Under the pieces are notes generated by a model. That model was not told where the DNA came from, made no database searches, and saw nothing but the letters and a program-made list of their open reading frames with translations. From an uncultured Dysgonomonadaceae bacterium (GTDB lineage: Bacteria > Bacteroidota > Bacteroidia > Bacteroidales > Dysgonomonadaceae), in contig CAZIUT010000001.1 of NCBI GenBank assembly GCA_964542545.1, forward strand, positions 1-46,260: a DNA stretch of 46,260 nt, written 5' to 3'. The translations under genes and the position numbers were made by a program. Position 1 is the first letter of the stretch. Each line of letters begins with the position of its first letter. Below, piece by piece: positions 8,658-18,039 of this stretch.

Positions 8658-9653
8658 TTATACTTTTACTATCATCTTACCTGTGTTCTTCCCAGTGAAA
8701 AGATCAATAAAGGCTTGAGGGATGTTATCAAATTCTTCTATAACCGTTTCCTCATAAGTCAGCTTACCTTCCTTTAGCCATTGGCCTAACTGTTGAGCTC
8801 CTTCAGCAAACTTATCAGAGAAATCGCTCACAATAAAACCTTGCATGAGCACACTTTTTTTGATTAGCAAACCTTCCACTCTTGGCCCTAAGGGTAGTTC
8901 GGTGGCATTGTAAAGTGATATTGCACCACACACAATAACTCTAGCAAACTGGTTGAGGTTTGTATGTACAGCATCGGATATAGGGCCTCCCACATTGTCA
9001 AAGTAAACATCTACACCTTTAGGTGAAGCGTCTGCAATTGCTTTGCTTATATCTTTAGTGGTGTTGTAGTTGATGGCTTCGTCAAAACCAAATTTCGATT
9101 TCAGCATTTCCACTTTGTCATCCGAGCCGGCTATACCAATAACACGACATCCTAATATTTTACCAATTTGCCCAACAACGCTTCCTACTGCACCAGCTCC
9201 ACCAGAGACAACGATAGTTTCGCCCGCTTTTGGTTTGCCTATTTTGGTCAAGCCCATGTAAGCAGTCATTCCTGTCATTCCAACTATACCTAAGTAAACT
9301 GATAGGGGTTGTATAGATGGGTCTAATTTTTGCAATCCTACGCCTGTAGATGTTTGATACTCTTTCCACTCCAGTAGGTTGGATACGAAATCTCCTTTTT
9401 TGAAGTTCTCATTTTTAGACTCTACCACTTCGGCTACAATGCCTGAGCTAACAGGTTTGTTTAGTTCAAATGGTGGCACATACGATTCAGCATCACTCAT
9501 TCTGCCACGCAGGTAAGGGTCAACCGATACGAATAGAGTTTTCAATAACACCTCTCCTTGCATCACTTCGGGCATCTTTTCGTCGATAGACTTAAAGTCT
9601 GAAAGTTTAGGTATTCCTTTTGGGCGGCTTTTTAAAATAATTGCTTTATTCAT
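8658..9653 (-). CDS. NADP-dependent oxidoreductase, medium-chain dehydrogenase family (YncB/CurA / alkenal-one reductase-like)
   Basis: GGAGAVGSVVGQIGKILGCRVIGIAGS nucleotide-binding motif, with family-typical N- and C-termini. Start set at ATG 9651-9653 (MNKAIILKSRPKG). Only 20 nt separate its stop from the downstream ADH start, so co-transcription is likely. Confidence 0.8.
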   Translation of the reverse strand: MNKAIILKSRPKGIPKLSDFKSIDEKMPEVMQGEVLLKTLFVSVDPYLRGRMSDAESYVPPFELNKPVSSGIVAEVVESKNENFKKGDFVSNLLEWKEYQTSTGVGLQKLDPSIQPLSVYLGIVGMTGMTAYMGLTKIGKPKAGETIVVSGGAGAVGSVVGQIGKILGCRVIGIAGSDDKVEMLKSKFGFDEAINYNTTKDISKAIADASPKGVDVYFDNVGGPISDAVHTNLNQFARVIVCGAISLYNATELPLGPRVEGLLIKKSVLMQGFIVSDFSDKFAEGAQQLGQWLKEGKLTYEETVIEEFDNIPQAFIDLFTGKNTGKMIVKV

Positions 9654-9917
9654 AATATGTTTTACTGTGTTTTGTTTGTTATTTATATGTCTATTAAGAG
9701 CTGGCGACATCCTTCAGGAGTTGTCACAATACCTCTTATTAACTTAGAATTTTAAACTGTATTGTTAAAACGCTTGGTGGGGTGAATTGTTTAAATTGTT
9801 ATCTGAGTAGAGAAAGTCAATGTATTCTGAAATATTAAGAGTAGATTCGGACAAATATTTATTATTAGTGAGTAGGAAAGCACATTCAAGAACAACAATA
9901 AAGAATATTTATCTGAT

Positions 9918-10508
9918 ATGGGAAAAATAATAACTTCTGGTGAGGTGATGTTAAGACTGTCTACTCACGATTACAAAATCAATCAGACACATTCATTTGT
10001 AGTAAACTATGGTGGAGTTGAGGCCAACGTAGCAGTTACGATGTCGCATATGGGGCATGATACTTATTTTATGTCTAAACTACTTCCTAGTCAATTAGAC
10101 GATGATTTTAAGAAGACTACATTATCTGAATAAAGAAGAAATGTATTTCCTAAAATGGCTACTAAGTATAACTTGAGTTATATTTTTGAATCTGATAGGG
10201 TTGTGTTTTCTGCTTCAGAAAACTCCTTAGCAGACTATTATTTTAGATTGTTGAATAATAAACTTTCATGGGAGTTAACAGATCCTATAAGATTTAATAT
10301 TCATGATAGAATTGGTGGTGGAGATGCATTTGTTTCTGGAGTTATTCATGGTCTCTTGAAAGATTTTAATAATCTTAAGTATGCTGTGAGGTATGGTTTG
10401 AACACTTCTGTTTTAAAGCGTGCTATTCAGGGAGATGCATTCCTATTGTCATGCGAAGATGTTGAAAACTTTATGGTTGCAAATGGAAAAGCCGAAGTGG
10501 AGAGATAA
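9918..10508 (+). pseudogene. kdgK: Remnant of 2-dehydro-3-deoxygluconokinase (PfkB family): in-frame stop plus large internal deletion
   Basis: The N-terminal piece MGKIITSGEVMLRLS...YGGVEANVAV and the C-terminal piece IHDRIGGGDAFVSGVIHGLL...AIQGDAF...VENFMVANGKAEVER are in the same frame, separated by TAA at 10131-10133. Total length is 196 codons against roughly 340 aa for intact KdgK, so the central part of the fold is missing. Confidence 0.7.
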
Positions 10509-10559
10509 GAAGGCGTTTTTATTAATTTAAGATTTGAGACTACATGAAAATAGATTTGA

Positions 10560-11837
10560 TTACTCATCAAGCATAGCTTTCACTTTTAAATGCAAGCTTA
10601 CTTGCTTTAGCAAATCCAAATCTCCTGCATAGCTAATTGCAAGTTCTGCTCTTTCGTATGCTTCGTGTGCACTTTTTAATACTACCTCTTTCACATCGTC
10701 AGGTACAAAAGAGTAAATAGATGTAAGTGCTTTCTGCATGCGTATCATCACTTCTATATTGCCAGCTCCATCTCTTGAAATGGGGCGAAAGGCATCTTCG
10801 AAAATGTCTGAAGCTTCAATTTCAGGAACTTCTATACGCTTGTATTTCACATCGGGTGATGGATCATTATCGTTTTTCTTAAACCATAGGTGAAACAATC
10901 TTACGTAGCTGTTGATAATAGATAGAGCTGTGCCAGGATCGTTGATGCCTGGCGATAATGCACGACTAGCTATTTCGCTTAGTGCGATAAGACCAAAGCG
11001 AGGGTCAGCATAGTACGAACGCGATTTACCAATAATAAAAGCTTTGCTTAGTTTCTCTTTATCATCGATAGGCATTTCTTCATTTGCCGATACAACATAA
11101 GCAATCACTCTATCGGGTGAAACAAATGTTCCTGGCATACAGTTGAGGGTAATAATTACTTTTAGTTGTGTGGCCACTTCTTGTAGTCTCTCCATGTTGA
11201 GGTATAGAATATAGCCAATTTCATCACTATAAATAGGTAGGCCTTTGTTCTCTCTATCAATTATAGGTGAGCCACCCATACGACGCACTTTTATTCGTTT
11301 CTCAAATGTTTTTGTAGTTATATCTTCAACCTTTTGAATGGTATGCTCCAATCGGCCGAGTTTTGAGATTCTTTCAACCCATCTAATAAAAGTGATAATC
11401 ACCAATAAGAAGACCGCCATGGTGAGTAGAAACAAAACAAAATGTCCTGCTTTGCCATAATATCCATTTTTGAAAGCAACCGAAGCTACAATACTAAATA
11501 TGAAAGAGCCAATGTAAATGGAAAGTGCGTTTTGCGATACATCGTCGGCCACAACTAGCTTGAAGGATCGGGGAGTGGCTGTTGAGGTTGCTGCAGCAAA
11601 AGCAGATATCATAGAGCCAACTGCAAATATGGCTATTACCAACATGCTGTTGGAGAGCGTGCTGAGCAAATCGTCTAGCGATTCATCTTTAATGTCTGGT
11701 ACAATGTCTGTTAAGAAAGTGTCATCGGCCAATTCTGCAACTAGAGCTCCCAAAATGGAGAGAATGCAGAATATTAGAGGTTTAAACCAGAGCTTATCGG
11801 AGAGTTGATTGTAATAGAATATGATGTTTTGGCGCAT
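10560..11837 (-). CDS. DUF2254-family membrane protein
   Basis: 425 aa. The N-terminal third has about four hydrophobic helices (LWFKPLIFCILSILGALVA and others), followed by a soluble C-terminal domain. The architecture resembles DUF2254. Function unknown. Confidence 0.6.
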   Translation of the reverse strand: MRQNIIFYYNQLSDKLWFKPLIFCILSILGALVAELADDTFLTDIVPDIKDESLDDLLSTLSNSMLVIAIFAVGSMISAFAAATSTATPRSFKLVVADDVSQNALSIYIGSFIFSIVASVAFKNGYYGKAGHFVLFLLTMAVFLLVIITFIRWVERISKLGRLEHTIQKVEDITTKTFEKRIKVRRMGGSPIIDRENKGLPIYSDEIGYILYLNMERLQEVATQLKVIITLNCMPGTFVSPDRVIAYVVSANEEMPIDDKEKLSKAFIIGKSRSYYADPRFGLIALSEIASRALSPGINDPGTALSIINSYVRLFHLWFKKNDNDPSPDVKYKRIEVPEIEASDIFEDAFRPISRDGAGNIEVMIRMQKALTSIYSFVPDDVKEVVLKSAHEAYERAELAISYAGDLDLLKQVSLHLKVKAMLDE

Positions 11838-11931
11838 GGCAGCTCTTATTTAGATTTATTGCTAAATAGATATTGAAGTATTAACAACGAAGTCATTCTT
11901 TAAGTTGACTTTATTATACATCTTTTCTCTA

Positions 11932-13308
11932 TTACATTATTTTCTTTATCCATTTAAAGTGTTTAAATGGTGGGTACTTAAGTGGAATGTCTATCCATGT
12001 AGGAGAGAACACAACTGCTCTTTGATTGCTAAATGCCAAGAAACTTCTATATCCATGATAGCTTCCCATACCACTATTGCCAACACCCCCAAAGGGTAGG
12101 TGATGGTTGGCCACGTGCATAATGGTGTCGTTGATGCAAGCACCTCCCGATGTTGAGCTTCTGAGGATATCTTTGGCTTTATTGTTACTACCAAAATAGT
12201 AGAAAGCCAAAGGTTTTTCGTTCTTGTTTATATAAGTGAGAGCCTCACTGATAATGTCAAAAGTCATAACGGGTAGAATTGGGCCAAATATCTCTTGTTG
12301 CATTATTTTGTGTTCTTGCTGCACATCGTCAATAATAGTGGGCGCAATGTATCGCTTTTTATAATCAACTTCGCCTCCAAAATATAATGTGCCCTCATCC
12401 AGCAGGCCTGCCAATCGGCTCATAGCGTCAGTATTTACAATGCAGGGATAGAATCGGCTTTTCTTTATGTCATCGCCATACATTTGTTTGATATGAAACA
12501 CAATCTTATCTAGCAATTCATCTTTGATGGAGCTGTGTGCAATCAAATAATCTGGTGCAATGCATGTTTGCCCAGCATTTATAAATTTGCCAAAGACAAT
12601 ACGTTTGGCGGCAATATCAAGATTGGCATCTTTGTCTACTATGCACGGGCTTTTACCACCCAATTCAAGCACAACGGGAGTTAAATGTTCGGCAGCTGCT
12701 TTCATTACCACCTTTCCTACTTTGGGGCTTCCTGTAAAGAAAATTAAATCGAAGCGTTGTTTAAACAGATGTGTGTTGGTTTCTTTGCCTCCTTGAACAA
12801 GGGCAATGTAGTTAGTTGGGAATGTTTTGGCTATCATCTCTTCCATCAGTTTTGCAACAGAGGGGGTATCGGGCGATGGCTTTAGTATTGCACAGCATCC
12901 TGCCGATATAGCGCCTATGAGCGGATTGAAGAGTAACTGAAAAGGATAGTTCCAAGGCGATACAATAAGCGCAACGCCAAGTGGTTCATATAATATTTTA
13001 CTAGATGAAGGGCGTAAATAGAGTGGGGTGGACACACGTTTTGGTTTGGCCCATTTCTTTAGATGTTTTATGTGATTGTCAATCTCACTTAATACAATGC
13101 TTATTTCTGTTAAGTAAGCTTCTTCGGGCGATTTATGTAAATCGTCCCATAATGCATGTTGAATCTTTTCTTGATACTCAACAACAACCCTTTTTAGCTT
13201 GCTTAGTTGTTGCAGCCTGAAGGCTACGTCCTTTGTTTCACTGCTTGCAAAGAAAGCTCTTTGGCTATCTAGATGCTGTGCAATTATGTTTTCTTCCGTT
13301 TCTTTCAT
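11932..13308 (-). CDS. Aldehyde dehydrogenase, ALDH3-like family
   Basis: 458 aa. VSPWNYPF, FTGSPKVGKVV, ELGGKSPCIV and catalytic-Cys region NAGQTCIAPDY. Confidence 0.9.
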   Translation of the reverse strand: MKETEENIIAQHLDSQRAFFASSETKDVAFRLQQLSKLKRVVVEYQEKIQHALWDDLHKSPEEAYLTEISIVLSEIDNHIKHLKKWAKPKRVSTPLYLRPSSSKILYEPLGVALIVSPWNYPFQLLFNPLIGAISAGCCAILKPSPDTPSVAKLMEEMIAKTFPTNYIALVQGGKETNTHLFKQRFDLIFFTGSPKVGKVVMKAAAEHLTPVVLELGGKSPCIVDKDANLDIAAKRIVFGKFINAGQTCIAPDYLIAHSSIKDELLDKIVFHIKQMYGDDIKKSRFYPCIVNTDAMSRLAGLLDEGTLYFGGEVDYKKRYIAPTIIDDVQQEHKIMQQEIFGPILPVMTFDIISEALTYINKNEKPLAFYYFGSNNKAKDILRSSTSGGACINDTIMHVANHHLPFGGVGNSGMGSYHGYRSFLAFSNQRAVVFSPTWIDIPLKYPPFKHFKWIKKIM

Positions 13309-13370
13309 AGGATTCTTTGTTTGTGTTGGTTCATCTTTTGTAGGCGCACAGCAGTTTATCTCTACTGTGC

Positions 13371-14231
13371 TTAACTTTTAGTTCTAAAAATTACTCCTGC
13401 CGCCACTCCTAATTTATCTAAGTTTTTATAAGCCACTTCTGCCAAGCTAGAAGTTTTCTCCATCTTCTCAATCTTTTCCAAGTTGCTTGTTTCATAAATA
13501 CGATCTAATGCTTGCTTGGTATTCTGGTTAGTTGCAAATATCTCGAAGCGATTTGCAAACGCCGTTATGTTGCTATCTGGAGCTAATAGTTTTTGTGTTG
13601 GTTGATAAAGCATCCATGTTCGACATGTGAAGGCTTTGTAGTTGTGTTCTGGGAAATAAGTGGTAAAGAACTCATGCGCTAATTTAAAAGACTCTTCAAC
13701 CTTTTCTGGCCGCAAGTCTGCATTGGTAGTAATGTGAACATTGATTATTGGTATTCCTTCCGGGAAACGTTTTTTCATTTCATCTGATAGGAGCATATAG
13801 TCATAATCAGCTCGTTCAATTTCGGCATAAGAGAAGTGAAATTTCTGAAACCTAAGCGAGCCTAAATCAAATATCTCACACTTGTATATAAAGCGCAACC
13901 ATAGCGCATCGCGCTCGCTCAATCCATATTCTTTGTGTAGGCCGTAGTAGCGATTGATGCGAAAGTTGAGGTCTTCTATGCTCTTGTAGAAAATAGAGCT
14001 GGGGATATTTTTACTGGCAAACACTTCTCTCAGAGGAATCAATTCGTACAGCAGTGTAAACAACCTATCCCTTACAGATAAATCCTCCAAAGGGTTGTTG
14101 GGGAAATCATATTGGTAGGGACTTTCGATGAATGGTGTAAAGCTTTCAGGGAAATCATCTTTAATGTATTCAACAAAATCTTTGTTGAAGTCGGCTTTAG
14201 TTATTATCTCAATAATCTTAGGTTTCATCAA
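13371..14231 (-). CDS. Hypothetical protein; possibly an acyltransferase-like (NAT_N / GNAT_C-type) protein
   Basis: 286-aa ORF with ordinary protein-like composition, 62 nt upstream of the ALDH gene on the same strand. I recognise no diagnostic motif. The acyltransferase suggestion rests only on a vague resemblance to Bacteroidales proteins annotated that way. Confidence 0.55.
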   Translation of the reverse strand: MMKPKIIEIITKADFNKDFVEYIKDDFPESFTPFIESPYQYDFPNNPLEDLSVRDRLFTLLYELIPLREVFASKNIPSSIFYKSIEDLNFRINRYYGLHKEYGLSERDALWLRFIYKCEIFDLGSLRFQKFHFSYAEIERADYDYMLLSDEMKKRFPEGIPIINVHITTNADLRPEKVEESFKLAHEFFTTYFPEHNYKAFTCRTWMLYQPTQKLLAPDSNITAFANRFEIFATNQNTKQALDRIYETSNLEKIEKMEKTSSLAEVAYKNLDKLGVAAGVIFRTKS

Positions 14232-14278
14232 CTTAGTTCAGCTTTTATTAGTTTCGTTTTGCTCTTATGAAGATATAA

Positions 14279-14286
14279 CAAATTTA
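14279..14286 (-). promoter_or_regulatory. Bacteroidota -7 box (TAnnTTTG) for the 13371-14231 gene
   Basis: The plus strand reads caaattta, which is TAAATTTG on the minus strand, 48 nt upstream of the start at 14231. Confidence 0.45.
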
Positions 14287-14523
14287 TTGTTCCATCAAAT
14301 ATTATTTTGAAGAATTGCAAGTAACTTTTTATTGCTAATCTGGAGTGTATTATTTAAAAACATGTTGCAGGGAATCTCTGCAAAACTAAGTTCATTCCAA
14401 ACAGCCTGTAAGGAATCTCCCGAGAGTTTCAATGGTTAATACAAGTTCAAACTTTGCATAATTCTATTTGAGAATGCACCTACATGTTTATTGATCTAAG
14501 GTTGCAACTTTAATATTTATGTA

Positions 14524-14560
14524 AAAAAGCGTATCCCAACTAAAAAGGGATACGCTTTTT
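14524..14560 (-). terminator. Intrinsic terminator downstream of lpdA
   Basis: gcgtatccc (14529-14537) pairs with gggatacgc (14547-14555), extended by flanking A/T pairs. On the minus strand it is followed by T6. It lies 22 nt after the lpdA stop. Confidence 0.75.
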
Positions 14561-14581
14561 ATAATATTTTTTTCTAAATGA

Positions 14582-15943
14582 CTATTTAAATTCGCTAAAG
14601 ATTACCTCCTTAAATATTTCGCTCACTGTTGGGTGTGGGAATATTACTTTCTTCATCTCCTCTAGTGTCATCTCTTGCTCAATGGCCATGCAAGCACCAT
14701 AAATCATTTCACTGCTTGGGTTGCCTAATATGTGCACACCCAATATTTCGCCATACTTCTCGCCAATCAAAACTTTGCACAATCCACTGAAACGTTCGTT
14801 TTCTATTGCAAATCGTCCGGCATAGGTCATGGGCAATTTTGCTACTTTATAGGCAAGACTTTTTTCTTTGGCTGTCTCTTCTGTTTCGCCCACACCTGCC
14901 ACCTCAGGATTAATATATACTACCCCAGGAATGGCTTTGTAACTCATTTTATCGTCTTCACCCGCTATGTTGTTTACAACTACCTCGCCTTCGCGACTAG
15001 CAGTGTGTGCTAGCAATGAAAAACCTGTAACATCCCCCGCTGCAAACACATTGGGCACGTTGGTGCGCATTTTCTCATCTACTTTAATGCCGCCTCTGTC
15101 CAACTCTATATTTAGATTTTCTAGACCAACACCTTTGGTTACTGGGCGACGTCCAACGCTTAATAATATTTTATCGCCTTCAACGGTTTCTTCCTTTCCA
15201 TCTTTCTCAAAGGTTACTTTGTTTCCATCTACTTTTGTTACTTTGGCTTCAATGTGGAAATCAATTCCTTTTCTTGCAAAGTGACTTCGAGTCATAGCAG
15301 CTATCTCTCCATCAACTCCACCCAATATTTCGGGAAGCATCTCTATTACCGTTACCTTTGTACCCAATCCTTGATAGAAGCATGCAAACTCCATTCCGAT
15401 AACTCCACCACCAATAACAACTAACGACTCGGGACATTCTTTCATTTCCAAAATTTCGCGATTGGTCAAGATTATATCACCTGCTTCTTTCAATCCTGGT
15501 ATAGGCGGAACAGATGCTTCCGAACCGGTAGATATCATAACATTCTTGCCCTTGTATTTTTCGCCATTGCAACTAACCACTACTCCCTCGTCAGTGCGAC
15601 TTTCAAGAATAGCTGCGCCTTCAATAACTTCAACTTTGTTTGATTTCATTTTCATGTTCACACCAGCAACTAGCTTGCGAACGATTTTATTTTTTCGACC
15701 AACCATTTTTTGGTAGTCAAAGTCTACATTATCGGCTTTCACACCAAACTTATCAGCTTCTAATGCATCTTCATACATTTTGGCACTATAAAGCAACGCT
15801 TTTGTAGGAATACATCCTTCGTTGAGACATACACCACCAATTGTTTTCTTTTCAAATAAAACAACTTTCAATCCTTTGCTACCTGCGCGTTCTGCTGCAA
15901 CGTAACCGGCTGGACCTCCGCCAATAATCATCAAATCAAACAT
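14582..15943 (-). CDS. lpdA: Dihydrolipoyl dehydrogenase
   Basis: 453 aa. MFDLMIIGGGPAGYVAAERA FAD motif, redox-active disulfide GGVCLNEGCIPTK, and C-terminal HPTVSE motif. Confidence 0.92.
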   Translation of the reverse strand: MFDLMIIGGGPAGYVAAERAGSKGLKVVLFEKKTIGGVCLNEGCIPTKALLYSAKMYEDALEADKFGVKADNVDFDYQKMVGRKNKIVRKLVAGVNMKMKSNKVEVIEGAAILESRTDEGVVVSCNGEKYKGKNVMISTGSEASVPPIPGLKEAGDIILTNREILEMKECPESLVVIGGGVIGMEFACFYQGLGTKVTVIEMLPEILGGVDGEIAAMTRSHFARKGIDFHIEAKVTKVDGNKVTFEKDGKEETVEGDKILLSVGRRPVTKGVGLENLNIELDRGGIKVDEKMRTNVPNVFAAGDVTGFSLLAHTASREGEVVVNNIAGEDDKMSYKAIPGVVYINPEVAGVGETEETAKEKSLAYKVAKLPMTYAGRFAIENERFSGLCKVLIGEKYGEILGVHILGNPSSEMIYGACMAIEQEMTLEEMKKVIFPHPTVSEIFKEVIFSEFK

Positions 15944-16325
15944 CTGTTTTTTCGTCTTTTAGGTTGTCAAATTTCAATAGAATGCTCTTTCTGGTTTTTA
16001 CCGTGGAGCATCATCTGTTTTTTATTATTCTTAAAGATGCATTATTACTCTAAAGTAAGCATCATTATATAAAGCAGTTTGGTTAAAAGCTTGTTGTTTG
16101 TGCATAGGCTAAATACCTAGTTACAGTTTAAAATCTTTTCAACTCACACTGCTTGAGAATTACTTGAATTCTTGCTTATCAACAAATTAATATGGCAATC
16201 TGTTCAAATTAGGTGAGCTTTTGTCAATTGCGAAGGGTGAGTGTGTGTAAAAGGTAGGTGTAATAAGGAGGTAGTTATTTATTTCGTGCTTCTTTCTTTT
16301 ATCTAAACCAGTTAATGACAAACAG

Positions 16326-16355
16326 AAAAACCCACTGAACAAAATCCAGCGGGTT
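16326..16355 (-). terminator. Intrinsic terminator downstream of the DUF2795 gene
   Basis: aacccactg (16329-16337) pairs with cagcgggtt (16347-16355). The single mismatch is a G-U wobble only in the minus-strand RNA. The minus strand is followed by a U5 tract (A run 16326-16330). Confidence 0.55.
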
Positions 16356-16455
16356 ATATTGTAGTTACTCTTGACTTTTTATTTAATTAAAAAAAAGCGC
16401 GAGTAAAAAATTAAATCGATACTGTGTTAGTAGATTATACTAAATGATATATACC

Positions 16456-16677
16456 TTAATATTCATCTTCATTAAAGAAAAAGTCCTCCTTTGTCGGGTA
16501 GTCGGGCCATATATCTTCAATCGATTCAAATACTTCTCCCTCATCCTCTATCTCTTGCAAGTTTTCTACTACTTCCATGGGAGCTCCTGAGCGTTGAGCA
16601 AAATCAATAAGCTCATCTTTAGTAGCTGGCCATGGGGCGTCCTCTAATTTTGAAGCTAATTCAAGTGTCCAATACAT
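16456..16677 (-). CDS. DUF2795 domain-containing small acidic protein
   Basis: 73 aa. WPATKDELIDFAQRSGAPMEVVENLQEI matches the DUF2795 pattern. The C-terminus is acidic. Confidence 0.75.
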   Translation of the reverse strand: MYWTLELASKLEDAPWPATKDELIDFAQRSGAPMEVVENLQEIEDEGEVFESIEDIWPDYPTKEDFFFNEDEY

Positions 16678-16758
16678 ATTATATAATCCTTTCTTTTCAA
16701 TATTTTGTTAATTCCTTGTTTTGCGCAAATGTAACAATAAAAATCAATATTGCACTAT

Positions 16759-17310
16759 TTAATGTTCCCAATACATCTCTTTTCCAGTTTTTTGGCATTC
16801 AAAGCGAGCTACTAAGAAGAAAAAGTCGGATAATCTATTCAGGAAAATTAGAATGTTATCTTCTATTTCAAATTCATTTGCAACTTTGTATGTGTTTCTT
16901 TCTGCTCTACGACAAACTGTGCGGCAAATATGCGCACGTGCTGCCGATTTGCTTCCTCCAGGTATAATGAAGCGGTTTAGCTTGGGCAGTTGTGCATCTA
17001 GCTTGTCCATAATTTGTTCTATGACTTCAATGTCACTATCTGTTATTATTAAGGGTGCCTCTGGGTTGAGTGCTTCGGTTTCGGTAGCTAAGTACGAACC
17101 CACTACAAATAGTTTATTCTGAACAAACAGTAAAAAGTCTTTCAACTCAGTATCTGTTACCTCACAAACTAATAGGCCAATAAAGCTGTTTAGTTCGTCA
17201 ACTGTGCCATAGGCATCAAGTCTTACATGCGTTTTATTTACTCGTTTACCACCTACTAATGAGGTTTTTCCTTTGTCGCCCGTTTTAGTATAAATAGAGC
17301 TTTTCTTCAT
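16759..17310 (-). CDS. pduO: ATP:cob(I)alamin adenosyltransferase, PduO type
   Basis: MKKSSIYTKTGDKGKTSLVGG...RLDAYGTVDELNSFIG is the canonical PduO-type N-terminus. Start set at ATG 17308-17310 rather than the longest ORF (17364). Confidence 0.88.
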   Translation of the reverse strand: MKKSSIYTKTGDKGKTSLVGGKRVNKTHVRLDAYGTVDELNSFIGLLVCEVTDTELKDFLLFVQNKLFVVGSYLATETEALNPEAPLIITDSDIEVIEQIMDKLDAQLPKLNRFIIPGGSKSAARAHICRTVCRRAERNTYKVANEFEIEDNILIFLNRLSDFFFLVARFECQKTGKEMYWEH

Positions 17311-17347
17311 CTTTGTATTTTCTTTGTTTTTTATTTTTTTACTATGA

Positions 17348-18016
17348 TTAAAAATATAGGTCATAGTTTAATTTTGGAAGCGATGGTTTGAAAAACCCTA
17401 TACCAATTGCTCCTAAATCGAAACTCATTGTAAGTGTATCTAGCTGAAGTATCGTTTGCCACACTTCTTTGTTTTTACTCCCTTTGTTTATGTGGTTTAT
17501 TACCACAAACCCATCAGGCTTGATTGTTTTGTTAATTGTTTCTATTACTTTTTCTTTAGCGTGTGGATATTGCTCCAAGTTCCAAACAATGGCATCAAAG
17601 ATGCTTTCCTCTCTAGGTAACACATTAGTGAATATAATGTTTTCTAACTTGTCTGCAAATAATGTTTGAGCAATCTTGACTTTTTCTTTGTTGTGCTCTA
17701 CGCAAGTTACTGTAGTTTGCTTTGAGTGAGGGCTTAAATACAAAGTGTTTACTCCAAAATTTGAACCAATCTCAAGTATGTTTTTTGAGTTAAATCTATT
17801 GATTAATCTAAACAGCAACTCTGCATATTTTAGGTTGACCTCTTTGATGAGTCCCAACTGTTGTATCTTACTTTTATTGTCTTGGTAGATGTAGTAGCTG
17901 TGAGGAGTATGTATGGTATCCATGATTAACTCGAAGGCGAATTGCGAATGCACACCATGTCCGGCAGCATGTCTTTTGCGATGAATACAACGGAATAACT
18001 TCTTGTTTTTTCTCAC
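17348..18016 (-). CDS. Class I SAM-dependent methyltransferase
   Basis: 222 aa. ILEIGSNFGVNTLYL fits the SAM-binding motif I region. The apparent start is GTG at 18014-18016, so the exact start is uncertain. Confidence 0.65.
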   Translation of the reverse strand: MRKNKKLFRCIHRKRHAAGHGVHSQFAFELIMDTIHTPHSYYIYQDNKSKIQQLGLIKEVNLKYAELLFRLINRFNSKNILEIGSNFGVNTLYLSPHSKQTTVTCVEHNKEKVKIAQTLFADKLENIIFTNVLPREESIFDAIVWNLEQYPHAKEKVIETINKTIKPDGFVVINHINKGSKNKEVWQTILQLDTLTMSFDLGAIGIGFFKPSLPKLNYDLYF

Positions 18017-18039
18017 AGTATAAAGATAGTTTTAGTTGT

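Noticed and set aside
14365-14419. Small hairpin ttgcag/ctgcaa and a duplicated ggaatctc octamer (14371-14378 and 14412-14419) as a possible riboswitch or sRNA
   Set aside because: The stem is too short, I cannot match it to any RNA family by eye, and it lies between a terminator and a promoter. An Infernal scan would be needed to revive it.
14438-14452. agttcaaactt resembling a tRNA T-arm
   Set aside because: No acceptor, D or anticodon arms can be built around it. No tRNA is supported anywhere in the window.
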